A stretch of DNA of 62,822 nucleotides, counting the filler, from Choristocarpus tenellus KU-1152 (lineage: Eukaryota > Protista > Phaeophyceae): NCBI GenBank assembly GCA_964200185.2. It is 13 parts of 13 records of this genome, joined end to end, with 100 filler letters (N's around TTAATTAATTAA, not from the genome) between each part and the next. Parts side by side here need not be neighbours in the genome. Positions count along the whole stretch, not along the records: positions 45,543 to 50,500 come from CAXNAD020012380.1; positions 50,601 to 53,978 come from CAXNAD020020434.1; positions 54,079 to 57,037 come from CAXNAD020023359.1; positions 57,138 to 59,703 come from CAXNAD020026718.1; positions 59,804 to 62,822 come from CAXNAD020022900.1; 8 more parts are not named here. The stretch is one strand, 5' to 3'. The notes beneath the pieces are model-generated. The model was not told where the DNA came from. It saw nothing but the letters and a program-made list of their open reading frames with translations, and searched no databases. Made by a program: the position numbers and the translations under genes. Each line of letters opens with the position of its first letter. Within the stretch, counting starts at the first letter, position 1. Below, one piece after another: positions 49,921 through 62,822 of the stretch.

Positions 49921-50616
49921 TTGAACCCAGTACTCTATGTTACCGATACATTAGATGAGTTAAAGAGATCTTCATGGAATATATTGACTTGACCACAAGC
50001 AAATCAGGCAGAATGCAGCTACAAGGAATTTAGAGCTTCAGAACTCAGCTGTGGCATAGTGAAAATGCATGACGCGCTTGTCCTATCAGACCAAAGAACA
50101 CAATCATTTTATAATGTATTGGAGCTTCTTGTTGACATGTAAGGGACATAGGACACATTACTTCCAATACGATGCTTATCAAATGAAACAGTGCTTCGAT
50201 ATTATCAATAGTACCATCATATGAAGTACGAAGATACACAGGCGATGACGAGGTGTCAAGTCAATTGTGCTAGTTTTCTTAGTGATTTTAACTTCTTCCG
50301 AAAGGCAAACATATGTGGAAGGAGGGGGATGATCCTCTTGAAAAGTTGGTAATTTACTTCCTTTCAGTACCCCCAATATGTCGGTCATATCTCTCATGTC
50401 CACGTTGCGGCACAGGGGGTGTTTGTGTTCGTTGATAGTGCTGCTGATACACTATAGACACCACTGGTGCATTAAGCGACACGTTACAGAGCTAGTGACA
50501 NNNNNNNNNNNNNNNNNNNNNNNNNNNNNNNNNNNNNNNNNNNNTTAATTAATTAANNNNNNNNNNNNNNNNNNNNNNNNNNNNNNNNNNNNNNNNNNNN
50601 CCAGATACTTTGGGTC

Positions 50617-51419
50617 AGAATGAGGCATGCAATATTCCTCAGAGGCATCCTGGGCGAGCTGGGCATACTCAAAGGGATCACGACTTGGTATGGAGACAAT
50701 CGAGGTGCAATCCAAGCAGCAACAACTGAAGGCTTCAATGGACGGACAAGGCATGTAGATATTAAACTAAAATGCACCAGGGAGTATGTTAACAAAGGAT
50801 GTTTTACAGTAAAATATACTCCTACAACACTCCAACTTGCAGACATATTGACTAAAAGACTACGCAAGAAGCAGGTAGAAGACTTTGTAGACACTGTGTC
50901 GACTAGATGAATGTCGTGTGTTAAACTTGAAGTAATCTGTGTTCTTTTACTGCGTTGACACGATAAATATGATGTGTGTGAGAATTGAACCAATCTGACG
51001 TCTTTTACTTCCATCTTCATGGGGGAGTGTGCAGGATGGGGGGTGCACACAATAAGATGTTTTAGGTTTCAGAGTTCCAGCAACACTTTCATTGCCTGCA
51101 CTCTCATGGGGGAGTGTGCAAAATAGGACAATAGTGAGGTGTACTTTATTTTATGTATGGGAGTCATTTTGATTGAGTCCATGTGATGTATCTAATGAGA
51201 AAGTACATCAGAATTATGAATGGAATATGTATAGGTTTTGTTGATTTGAATTCAACTACTTTGATTTAATTGTTAACTTCTGTAGGAAGCACAAATAATA
51301 GTAAACAAACAATGAGAAGACATCCCACACAAATCACTCTTTTAATTTCAACCATGTAATCAGGTTCAGCAAAGGTGGTCGTGTGAGGCTTCACACCTTC
51401 TTGTCTTTCAGTACTGACA
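50617..51419 (+). mobile_element. Ty1/copia 3' end: RNase H C-terminus (to 50910), PPT and putative 3' LTR (~51115-51419)
   Basis: EAIFLRGILGELG..YGDNRGAI..RTRHVDIK..RE..TTLQLADILTK, followed by PPT GGGGGAG|TG. Confidence 0.88.
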
Positions 51420-53728
51420 AATAGCATTACCTCCTAGGTAAATTTGCGCCAAATAGACATAAAGCCCGATGGGGGATGTCAAGTTTAGGTGGGGTAGATG
51501 TATTCTAAGTTCAAAGGCGCTCTATTTAAGCGGATGATGAAGGGGTGTTCTTGGATGATTGTGTTACAGCACGGTCCAAAGCTTACCTCCACAGGATGTA
51601 TAACTACAATCCACAGGCCTATAGATGGCACTGATGCCTGTACAGGACTCCTGGGATACTCCGACAATCAAAAGATCCAACGAGGATGATGAATATCAGG
51701 TCAGCAGATAAAGGTACTCTTCTGAGTCAATAAGCACATATGTAAGAATTGTTATCAGAAGAGTGAGATGTGGGCGATCTCTTGTTCATCATTTACCGTT
51801 TATTTATTCCGTTACAGACGTTGAAATACATCTGAAAACCGTTCCATACATTCCCAAGTTATAGATCTTGCTCTGCACCGTTTAGCAAACCGAAGTTCCC
51901 CCTTTTGGGTTCCACACGCACGTACACTGCTTGCACTGCCTATAACATGCCCCCCAGCGTGAACTAGGTATACATGTTTCAGGTGCTTGTCACGGGTTAA
52001 GACAATAACTATAATCCATCACCTCAGATTGTGCTGCAGCAGCATGTATTGGTTGCCAGTTAATGACAGAAGGGCTCTAGTTCCAAATTTGCCGGTTATT
52101 TCCAACACAGGGATCCGATTTCCAAATCAACCAGTTGTTTCCAACAATGATCCACATATATCCTAATCTCTTTTGGGAATGAATCCCCAAAAGTCGTAAG
52201 ACAGTCAGAATCAATAAATGTCTCACTGAATCAGAGTATATATTTTCATAAAAAAATTATATAACTCCAACTAGGTCCAAAATAGATAAACAAATATACT
52301 TAAAAGAATACCATCAGAGTCGGTTTGCATCTGGTCTAATTGAGTATATACTTGTTCCTTCTGAAGCACACCTTCAAAGGTTACAAAGGATACATCTCTG
52401 ACATGACCTAAAATAAATGGTTCCCCAGTTCCGATCTACCCAATCACAAATGCGATTAATGTATATCCATGTTCTCTTTGAAAGTGTCTGTCCACAAGGT
52501 CGCAGGATACAGTCTCACTCAAATCGCATCTGCCCGAATCTGAGTATATGCACTTGTTCTTTCTGAACCAGATCTTCAAAAGTGACAAAGTATACACCTC
52601 TGATTAGGACTACAATTAATGGGTCCTCTGTTGCAAAGACTGCAAAGTTCTATTCTCAGTCTGCATTGTAAGTCCTACCAAGGAATAGACTTACAACCCC
52701 TGTACTATTCATGATCTACTGAGCATCTGCTGATTGCCTGTCCTATACCCCCCAAGCACAAAGCATACTCAAGGCTGCTATGGTGTTGGCAGTCGCCTCT
52801 AGGACAGAATTTGTCCAGCTCTATCTTTTGATCGGAGTCGATTTTTCGTCGAAATAAAGCTTGGTGTGGCCCTTGAATCATTCCTAACAATATTAGATAG
52901 GTTGGAGTTGGTTGTGGTGTGATGGGCGAGAGGGCGATTTTCGTCACTAAAATCAAGTTACTTAGACATCCGTCCGCCCGTCCGTCGTCCAGTATCTGCC
53001 TTGGAGGACTGTTTCCCCTCTCCCAGGACGAGTTTTTCACGGGAGAAGAAGAGTCGTGATCCTCCATGTCTCATCTGTCTGTGTGTAACCCTAAACTCTT
53101 CGTTGTTATCGTAGCTCCACTGTTACGCCTACAAGCCCATCAGACAGCAGCCAGCCAGCCAGCCCTCATCATCGAGCTTGGCCAAGAATACACGCTCTCT
53201 GTCATAGTCATGACCCCTTTTTGATTTCTTGTTCCGCAGTGATGAACTCGTCCACTCGATCAAGGACGAGTCCCCCTCGTGACACACGGCAATCACCAGC
53301 GCATAAGCTCTGCCCAACCTCAGTCTTCGACTTCTGTGAAACTTGAAGCCCAGACGTAGAGACCACACCACGATATCCAGCATGTCCTTCGACAGAGGGG
53401 CTTCCACAGCCATTGTGCCGAGTTCTGCGTGGACACTCTACGTTGTAGTGAGCTGTGTGCGAAGGTTAAGCTCCGAAAACCTTGCACTGAGGGTGTTTGC
53501 AGGAACGAAACCATCGAGGTTGGCTCATCTAAATTAATTTCGAGGTGATGTAAGGCGATTTGATCGGTGATCCGCATATCAAATTAAAGCTGAAATGATA
53601 GGCAGTCGATTAGCGCAAAGAACTCCGGTCGCAAACAAACATCTCATATGAGTTTCAGTGATTTTCATTTTTTGGCAATTCAACCGAACCTTTTGGCATC
53701 TACTAACTCAACACAAAGTAATTTGCGA

Positions 53729-53910
53729 GGGTCAAAATACCTGGCGGGAAGTGATGGCTGTCCATTTGGGGCCAGTTTTTCATGTCGGGATTTTAGGGTG
53801 ATTTGGTTGCGTGCGTCGAATGGATGATGTAAGTGCACTTTTCCTGGTTATGGTCCAAATGGACACACTGGTATAGACCCTCCCCCCCCCTCCCCCCCAG
53901 ATACTTTGGG
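53729..53910 (-). mobile_element. MITE family B copy
   Basis: Reverse complement of 11643-11819. Confidence 0.85.
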
Positions 53911-54699
53911 GGCGGCCGGGTTTTTTTTCCCCCGTCGTCCGCGTTTTTTCTCCCCCTTTTTTTTTTTTTTTGCTCACCNNNNNNNNNNNNNNNNNNNNNN
54001 NNNNNNNNNNNNNNNNNNNNNNTTAATTAATTAANNNNNNNNNNNNNNNNNNNNNNNNNNNNNNNNNNNNNNNNNNNNCCCCAGATACTTTGACCCACCA
54101 ACTTCACTGCAACACCCCCCCAGTCCCTCCCCACCCTACTACATGATTGGCCAACTCATCCAGGAAACTCTTTGGTTGCTTGGCTTGCCAAGGGGCCTAA
54201 AAAGGTTCATTGTGAAGGTGTTGAGGTTAAAACCACGAGGCTCAAGAAACTTCTTGCAGCGGGTGCGCTTTTGCCTCTTGGCTGCAGCAACAGCTACACC
54301 ATTATTCCTGAGGGATGGATGTGGCAACTGACCGGCTGCCTGGACCTCTCTGCAAAGGCATCATCCAGAGGAGGCCTTTGTCCGTAGGGAGCTGAGTCAG
54401 CGCCCGAAAGTGCCCAACCCCGAACACCATGTCCATGCGGAAGTTCCTGTCCGCTGTAAGCGACCTGCCATTCTCTATAGTGCAAGGGATACCCATTCCC
54501 CTGCAGATTTGACCTAGCCAATTCACCATAGACACGTGCTGGCGTACTTCTCCTCCTCCGCCCTAGGGCAGGTCCATGCATGTTGAGTGTCAAAATTGTA
54601 CCTCCTGCACCCAGCCACTGGGCACCTTTTGAATATACAGCCTCCTCTCTACCCCTAGAGATCTGCTGTTGGCGAGTCTGAACTACAAAGGAGGGATAC

Positions 54700-56422
54700 T
54701 GTTAAAACATAGGCTACTCATTTGTTTCTTTGTTTCCTTGATACCATACAGTTCCCACCAGTCAATACCGACTTTTGATTGGTGCGTTACGCACTGGCCG
54801 TTACTGTCACTACTTCATCATTATGCAAAAGAGAGCGTATGGCATGCGCCTTGAAGTTTGGAGCGCCAGGCAATCGGCGACTTGTTGAACAGTAGCATGT
54901 AGCCTGTGACACTTCTGCGGGTTTGGGAGTCTGTGCCCCAGTCAGAATCTCCATAACCCACAGGGAGTTCTTCGTCCCTCTCGTTAACATCTTTGTTCGC
55001 CTGATCATAATCAACGCAGACATCCAATGTCCCTGTTGCGTAGTGCAGAACGTGCTGCAGTCCGCGCCAGTGTCGCATGCAGGAAGATGCTGCTCTACGC
55101 CCCAGTTCACGTACACTCTTGTCCAGATATGATCGAGACGAATGACGAAATCTGCAGTGCTCTCCACAGACAAGCAGTATATGTCGCACAATTTCATCTC
55201 TGGAGCTATGAGCTGCATGGGTCGCTGATTCACAGCGCGCGCCCCATAGTTCTGCTCTAATTCGAGACAGGCTGCCCTCCTGTCGGGGCTGCCTCCTCTG
55301 GTACATGTTGACCATACAAGCGGACCACCATAGCTGCAGCACCCGTCGTGGCCTGTCCCAGCAGGAGGAACCACAAGGCTTCCCGATGCCTGACGTATTC
55401 ATCATACGCGCAGCGTTCCTTGAATGATGTATCAGCTGTGGGAGGTGCAAGAATGCGATGCTGGTTGTAAGATGCAGTACAGTCTCTTGCAGCCCGCATA
55501 GCTCACCAGCGCCATCCGCCATTCTGCCCACTTCTCCCTTTTATGCCCCCACGCTCCACTCTATAGTGGCAGCATACGGGAGTCCGCTTACATACCAATG
55601 AGGCTCATAACCTATGCAAAAGAGAGCTATTCCAATAGAGTCTTTGCTTTATGTTGTATGGATTTTTTTATTTGCGGAGTGAGCACAGCCCTTGGTGGTG
55701 GGGTGCTCTTCCATATATTATTATCTATTGCCCACGTCGTCAGACACGTCAAAATTTGTCTGTGTCAGTCGCCCTACGTCAGCCACTTAAATTGAACGAA
55801 ACAAGAATTTATTCCATCCACACTCGAACCTGAAACTCAAGGCACACCAAATCATATCCTTGACCCTTACTCTACTCAATCAATACTTCTATTGTATTGC
55901 ACTGTTCACTAAGCATACACCTCCCTATAGACTGCCTAGCCTATATTGTACAATCCTCACCACATTAGTTGCCGTCAGAACAGCACAGTACAGAACAGAA
56001 CAGTACAGAACAGAGCAGTCGCTCTGCATTCTACACACAGGAATAGATGCGTCGCTTGAGTTGCATCACATATTGACTCCAGCTTGTCCTGTTGTTCGGT
56101 TGTTTTCCATTTTGTGTTTTCTCGCTCTTTTCTTAGCAGCAGCAGAAGATGGCTGTTGTATATTAATTGTTAATTATTATTTCTTTCTTGGTTGTCATTG
56201 GCCCCTCATAATGCACCAAGCTCACTCTGCTATATGTGTACCTGATGCACACCTGGATGTACAACAGAATAAATACATCAGTGCTTTGCAGCACAATAAC
56301 GTCTATTCACAACACGGAGTGCGCATTTTACTCATTGGTGCTTTGCAATACCATGATTCCTCATCGCTCGTAGTCTACGTATTTTGCTCACAAGCATGAT
56401 TTATTCGATTCAGGTTTCAACA
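54700..56422 (+). mobile_element. Copia solo LTR (same family) with 5-bp TSD GATAC/GATCC and internal insertion
   Basis: Runs TGTTAAAACATAGGCTACTC...TTCAGGTTTCAACA. No PBS follows, and it is ~900 bp longer than its sister LTRs. Confidence 0.85.
54837..55140 (-). pseudogene. Copia RT-end/RNase H fragment inside the solo LTR, in inverted orientation
   Basis: HWRGLQHVLHYATGT..GYGDSDWGTDSQTRRSVTGYMLLFNKSPIAWRSKLQ. Confidence 0.9.
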
Positions 56423-56773
56423 GATCCAGTGTGCTGGTTTCAAGGATTGCGTGGACGCCCATGCATTGGCCCCTTGCCCGCAATGACTCTAGTGGCAGGG
56501 TAGAGCTATGGAGGAACTCTCCCTCCCTTGTCCCTCTGCATCTAGAAGAATTACAAAATATAAGCCCCCATATTTGATAACTTGTAAGGCGTTTGTTGAA
56601 CCGAATTTGAGTCATTAACCATTCAACTCCGTCCACTTCCAGTCCTACCCCTATTCCCTATCTGGACATAAAATCCCTTCTGAGTCACCGGTCATCACAA
56701 CAACAGCGAGGAGAAGTACTGCGTAGCCGTGGAACATTGTCGACCTAGCCTCGCCAAACATGTTTAGGTCCCA

Positions 56774-56858
56774 GAGTGAAAGTATCTTAGAGGGTACGAG
56801 TTTTGCCCGGTTTGTCCGTTTGAGGCTTGAGTTCACATGGGTTATTATGACATGTTCC
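56774..56858 (-). mobile_element. MITE family A, truncated
   Basis: GAGTGAAAGTATCTTAGAGGGTACGAG terminus. Confidence 0.85.
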
Positions 56859-57175
56859 TGTGCAATATAGACTGATAGTCTATATGGTTTATATCCATTT
56901 AGTGTACACCACTAGACAACAGGAATGTCGGCTAAGTGGAACAAGTGGCATCGACTTCTGTTAGTGTGTGTGAAGTAATGGGTTCGACCTCTGATGTTTG
57001 GTTTCTTATACTTGATATAAGTGGACTGTTGGAGGAGNNNNNNNNNNNNNNNNNNNNNNNNNNNNNNNNNNNNNNNNNNNNTTAATTAATTAANNNNNNN
57101 NNNNNNNNNNNNNNNNNNNNNNNNNNNNNNNNNNNNNGAGGGTAGGAATTGTGAGGAGTAGGGTTTATTTTTATA

Positions 57176-57217
<42 letters not shown>

Positions 57218-57378
57218 ACCCTCTCGAAGGTACTTGGTATTTGTACTTCATATTTTATTTTATTTTATTTTTTTCACGTGTGTGCTGATGTCTGCAGGGT
57301 ACGCCTCGAAAAGGGTAAGGGATAATGACCGCGGCTGTCCCGTAATGTGTACACCTCTAATGATAATCGACAATCCAG

Positions 57379-59532
57379 ATTTGACGGTGTTCTGGAGCAC
57401 GTTTTGAGAATCGACAGGGTCCTGAGGCAGCCCATGGGACACCTCTTGCTTGTGGGAGAGGCTGGGGCGGGCAAGACGGTCCTGAGTCGTTTTGTTAGCT
57501 GGATGAACGGCCTGTCTATTTTCCAGGTTGGGTGATGAAGAAGGGCTTGGTGAATTCATTTCGCTGGAGATACAATATATATATATATATATATATCGAT
57601 TTTCTTTTCTTTTTGTTTCCCCCGGGTATTTGTAGGGAGGCAGGTTGGTCTCATTGATTCTGAGTTTAATGGCCCTCTGTTAAGGTTGTGTGACCTTTGT
57701 GATGATGTACACGCTGTGTTGATACGCCTTTTTGGTTTTGGTTTTGGTTTGGTTTGGTTTGGTCCACTTGGGGAGATGTGACTGCATATGGGAAGGTTAG
57801 GGATATCACAATGTTACCTGAAAGCGATCTTCACGGAGTGATCAATGCACATGTACCACGAGGCCGTGATAGGAACCCCCTTGAAACTCAGCAATGTGTT
57901 CACCTCTTAGATAGTAACACCAACTGCTGTGTCTGTTTTGAAGTATGTCTCTTGATGATAATCCTGTAGAAGTTGGGTTTTATCTGCCCACCCTGCAAAC
58001 ACTCCACTTTGTGTTCAATGCTCTCACTTCTCTCGCTTGTATACCTTGTATACCTTGTATACCTTGTCCTTGTATACCCTTTCCTTGTATACCCTTTCCT
58101 TGTATACCTTGTCCTTGTTGTCCGTACAATACCCTTAACAGTCAACCTTGTTGATCACTTGAAATATTTATAGTGTGAGTGCGGCAAGAAGAGGTTAGGG
58201 TTTGGAATCATATCTTGAGACACAACATTTCTACCAAATTTAATAGGGCTGTGTGTGAGGCTGGACCAATCAGGTGTGTTGTGTTCGCGTTTCGAAATCT
58301 TTTCCAACCCTTCTTACCCCCTCCCTCGTTGTTGCCATGGCCTGTGTCTCTTAGGTCAAGGCCAGCAATAGATACACCCTCGAACAGTTTGATCAGGACT
58401 TGAGATCCGTCATGTGGAGGGTGGGTGTTCAGGGGGAGCGTATCTGTTTCATTTTCGATGAGAGCAATGTCCTGTCACCGGCTTTCTTGGAGAGGTACGT
58501 TCAAGGGAATGTTTTGTTTTGTCTTTTATTGTTGGATCACTCGCTTAGGCAGTGAGTTTCGTTGAAACGCATACCACAACCCCACTTCACTGAGTCGTGG
58601 TCGTGGTCTCGGCGGTGGAGCTTGAGTGGGAATGGCTTTATTTATTTATTTATATATTTATATATTTATTTGTTTATATATATATATATTTTGCGCATAG
58701 GTCAGCGCACTGTTTTGGTTTTGATTTCAATTTCTGCTTTGGGGGTTAGGTTGGAACGTTCTGTGATCAATCGACGTCGAGACTTTTGTGTCCTCGGGTA
58801 CAGTGGGATGTGTATCCTTGCCACCATGGTTGTTGACCTTTCTGTTCTATGCCATATAGCGTCCAGGGTTAGGGTTAGATTTCGAAGTACTTACATGCAG
58901 CTTTGTTTTTCGTACCTTACAGCCGTGCCTCTCTCCGTGACAGAGGCCATTGATCATCTTTGTCACGGTTTTTCTTTCTTTTTTTTTCCTGCTAGGAAAT
59001 TGTGATAACTCGTGTGTTGCTGATGGGCAATCAGTCCACACCACGGTATATGGTCTGGCAACCTAACCAATCGTATGATGGCATTGTGGCACGTGTCCAT
59101 TTTTGATCTGGTAGGTATTGCGCTCGATGCAGAGGTTAATTTTGAAGCATCTCCTGACTTGGTTCTTGAAATTCTGTTCTACTCTGCTGTACACTGTACA
59201 CTGCAGCAAGCAAGGCAACTCCCGTGGTAGTGACGATGGTGTTGCCTAACACGCCTCCGACCAACCTCAATAATAGCACTAAGAGTTACACTATGTATGG
59301 TACAGAGGTAGTACTCGCTACAATGTGTCACCTTCAGCGCTGACACGGTATTCCGGTCATGTTCATGAACCGATTCAACAGGATGAACGCACTTCTTGCC
59401 TCTGGAGAAGTGCCAGGCCTGTACGAGGGGAAGGAACTAGCCGCGCTCATGGCAGGTTGCCGCGAAGCTGCTCAAAAAGATGGAGTCCTGGTGGACTCTG
59501 AGGATGAACTCTTCCGAAGATTCACCACCAAG
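57379..59532 (+). CDS. DYNC1H1: Cytoplasmic dynein 1 heavy chain, AAA4 region; exons ~57379-57526, 58355-58494, 59382-59532
   Basis: [44 protein letters not shown]|[24 protein letters not shown]|[16 protein letters not shown]. Walker A and B motifs; phase-compatible introns. Confidence 0.93.
58037..58116. repeat. Intronic CCTTGTATA-based 9/15-bp tandem repeat
   Basis: Directly visible. Confidence 0.9.
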
Positions 59533-59662
59533 GTGAGAAAGAGTTGAGCATGCATGCGAATCGCTAGATAAGAAAGAGTTGGTTCATGACCATTGCCAGA
59601 CCGTATAAATAGGTTTAAGGAAAGGCAACTCTGAGAGTTGATCCTCCCCCTCCTCCTCCCCC

Positions 59663-59702
<40 letters not shown>

Positions 59703-62700
59703 CNNNNNNNNNNNNNNNNNNNNNNNNNNNNNNNNNNNNNNNNNNNNTTAATTAATTAANNNNNNNNNNNNNNNNNNNNNNNNNNNNNNNNNNNNNNNNN
59801 NNNCAGGGGGAGTTGGTGGGGTGGCGGGTGTCAAGGGACTGGGGGTATTGGGTAGAAAAGAAGCGGGAGGGGGAGCTGGAGAAGGAGAAGGAGGTGCAAA
59901 GGGTAGCTTAGGTGTTGGGGTAGGTGGCACAGTCAAGGGTGCAAGTGAGAAATGCAGTGTCTCATAGTTCTTTTTGGAAGAAGGTTGATGCCCAGATTTA
60001 GCTGAGTCTGTCACCCAACCAACGCGGCCTTACTATCATTGACCACTGTTGATGGAGTTGTTGCTTCCCGCTGCCAGTAACTTTTGTAGTTTTTTGGGGG
60101 GTGTAGCTCTTGCTATTCTACCTCCACGAGCGTCCCCTGCCCCCACACTCCACCGATCACTGAAGAATTTGTCAAGAAATCTGCTATCTTTGGGTTGTTC
60201 CCAGTTGTTTGTCACTTGAACAGTGAGTTGGGGTTAGAAATTCACTTGTAGTTTTGGATATTTTTGTTAGTGGGGATCATTTTTTTCCCACACCCGTTGG
60301 CATTTGAAGGGAGCAAGGGGCTGTGCTTTGTTCAGGTGGGAGGGCATCGTGGAGGGGCTCATCAATCATCTGTCTCAGTTGCAGGTACTAGAATATTAAT
60401 ACTATTGTATGTACTGTGGTTGTACTACCCATCTATAGCCATAATAGTCTTTGTTTCTCCCTGTTTGGTGTTTTGTGGTATGTTTGTGCAGCCAGGCAGT
60501 GTTTATTGTTGCCATGGTTCAAGATGTGTGTTCCGAGAAAATCATGGTCAATTGTGACCTGTTCAAGATTTTTACATGTGGGGACAATAACCACATATGC
60601 TCATAGTCAGCTTGGCCATGGACCCAATCAAATGTTTGGTGGTTTGCCAAGAAGGCAAGGCTGACTTCTTACATCAAATAGTTCATTTTAAAACCTTGAA
60701 TTTTAAAAAGTATCTCCAATTTTTAAATACAAAGAATGATGTTGAGTATGACCATTAAACCTGTTGCAAAAATCCCAAAACTTGAATGCCAAGAATGAAT
60801 ACCTACACATTTTTTGAGGCAATGATATGGAGACATTGAAGACCCGACCACAAACATGTACTTTTTTATGTTCTTGTTTGATTAGAACCGACTATTGGGT
60901 AAAAAAAAACGATTCTGAACCCAGTCATTGAAAGAGGGTCGATAACCTGATGTGACAGGTGATTATCACAGGTGACTCTTATTTATGTAGCTTGCTCCTC
61001 CTTGCACACTAACCTGCTCAAATCTGTCCTACATAGCCTGGGGTATACTGATGAAAAAGGTAACTGCAGGTTGATCCCCGACTTAGAAGAGTTGTTTGTA
61101 TCCACCCATACCACAATCCTCCATATATATTTTTTAATGCAAAATTTATGGGGTCAATTAATCATGGTACATAGGAAAAAAAAATCATGTTTCGACTCCA
61201 GGTGTTAAAATATTCTCATTAACTAAAAAATAATGAATGTAATCATTTTTGGAATATTTACTGTAAGGAGACAGGCAGGAACATTACTTTTTCAAAGAGC
61301 AGAGTTTAGTTTTCTTTTCAATATTTTTATGTATCAAGTGAATTGAAGGTTTTTGGGACAGCATATGTTTCAGGCTGAACAGATTCCTTTGTGTTACATT
61401 ACTCAATCCAATGCGTTTCTAATGTTAATTGCAAGTGAATCATGTGTTGGGGTTTCTTGGTCAGACCAGCTTGTATCCTGATCGCAGGAAGGACTGCCTG
61501 TTGAGAGGTCTGTGTACTACTATCCCACAATCTTAGCCCAACATACACTCATAATACAAAGATTCTCTTATGTACCGTATAATTAATTTAAATACCTGAA
61601 GACAATGTTGTGTGAACTACAGCTAACACTCATAAAAATACACCTGGCCACTCCCTCAGAAGTCCACTTTCTTCTATTTCCAAGTGGTTTCATTTCATGG
61701 TGTGTATCCACGGAGGTCGCAGTTGGAGGAAAGGGCTAGGCTATTCAATTCTTCAAGCGTGTTGTGCTTCCCTTAATGAACCCACAAGACTAATTCTTAA
61801 ACATGCAAAACTTTCCTACAACAGGAAAAAATGAGAGTACCAATGGTCCAGTCAAGCATCATTCTCCCAAAGAACTCATCACCTCACCAATTCACCACAT
61901 ACCAACTCCACATCTGATATATCAACGAGTCTATGGAGTCACCCTAAATTGATTTACGCACCTCAACCCGCTCACCGACGAATGGGGGTACTATTTGTAA
62001 TTCCAGCATCAAGAGGCAACACAAAATGAGAAAAAAAGGATAGAACCAAAGTTCAACACCCCCAAACAACTTACAAAAGGGTATAAAGGGAACAAGTAAA
62101 TAATATGAGTGACATAGCTATTATACACCCGGCAGGAATACATAACCAACTGTGAGAGATCGACTGATACCTTGCTGAAAAATACAATGTGCTTATCTGC
62201 TCAACACAACACAGCGATCTGAGCACCAGGTTGCATTGCAAGCGATTTACTCTCCACAATATGAACAGATGCAATCTAAGATAAGCCAGGTGGACACAAC
62301 AACCAGCATCAAAAACCACATGTACAAAAATAAAAGCAGTTGTGGGGGGAACAATATGTTGGGTTGTCAGGAGCAAATCAAGAGTTGAAAACTAAATTTT
62401 CCTTGATAGGTCCAGTCAGTTTATGGCAATCATAACCATGAAACAAAATTAGCCACACACACCCTGCCAACTATAATACCATCATCAATGGACACTCCTA
62501 ACTAACGGTATGAATAGAACAACAACATTACTCCCCATAACATCCCCCCTCACATCAACAGGCCCCTAAGGATTTTGTATCCCCCTGTGATATATTTGCT
62601 TACAACAGTGGACCACCAGATTTCAATTTGACAGGAAGTTCTGGCATGCTGTAAGTGATACCAAGCTTTTCACAGGCCTTCTTGATACCCATACTGCACA

Positions 62701-62822
62701 GACTTTGAGTTGCCCATTTCCAATCCATGTCCTGTTAAGAGGGGGGGGGGGGGGGGAGGGAAGAGGGACGGGAAGAGCACACGTCTAAACCCCACGCCCC
62801 CCAGAATCGCGTTTGCCGCCTT

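Larger units (their letters stand above)
54100..56770 (-). mobile_element. CRE-like non-LTR retrotransposon remnant (zinc finger plus restriction-like endonuclease), split by a copia solo LTR
   Basis: HAWTC..RH.SMVNWLGQICRGMGIPCTIENGRSLTADRNFRMDMVF..LD..GVAVAAAKRQKR..F.RLG-like motifs at 54140-54600. Coding-like sequence resumes beyond the LTR at 56423. Confidence 0.7.

Noticed and set aside
53129-53413. Ankyrin-like or giant-virus repeat protein
   Set aside because: Resemblance is limited to a few residues and does not support a call.
59804-62822. Short ORFs and weak similarity of ~60800-61300 to ~21500-22000 (reverse strand)
   Set aside because: Too diverged to define by eye; no supported gene or element boundaries.

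Overview
This is eukaryotic nuclear DNA, not one locus. It consists of 13 short contigs joined by artificial 100-bp N/TTAATTAATTAA spacers. GT-AG introns, interstitial TTAGGG repeats and the histone H3/H1 sequences suggest a stramenopile, probably a brown alga (inference). Recognisable genes are a divergent histone H1 (2 introns)/H3 pair, each ending in a histone-type 3' stem-loop, a Kelch-repeat gene facing away from an unknown multi-exon gene, three exons of cytoplasmic dynein heavy chain, two RGS-domain exons, and an intron-containing, inactivated hyaluronan-synthase-like GT2 gene with chlorovirus-type motifs. Most of the rest is transposon debris: two abundant MITE families sharing termini and giving both 3-bp and 4-bp TSDs, two minor MITE families, one Ty1/copia family (four LTRs), and mariner, RTE and CRE-like remnants. 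The most notable items are the virus-like HAS pseudogene, a 1.29-kb orphan insertion splitting a host exon, the histone stem-loops, telomeric repeats written into MITE termini, and CpG decay in the MITEs. All family assignments come from motif recognition by eye; no searches were run.
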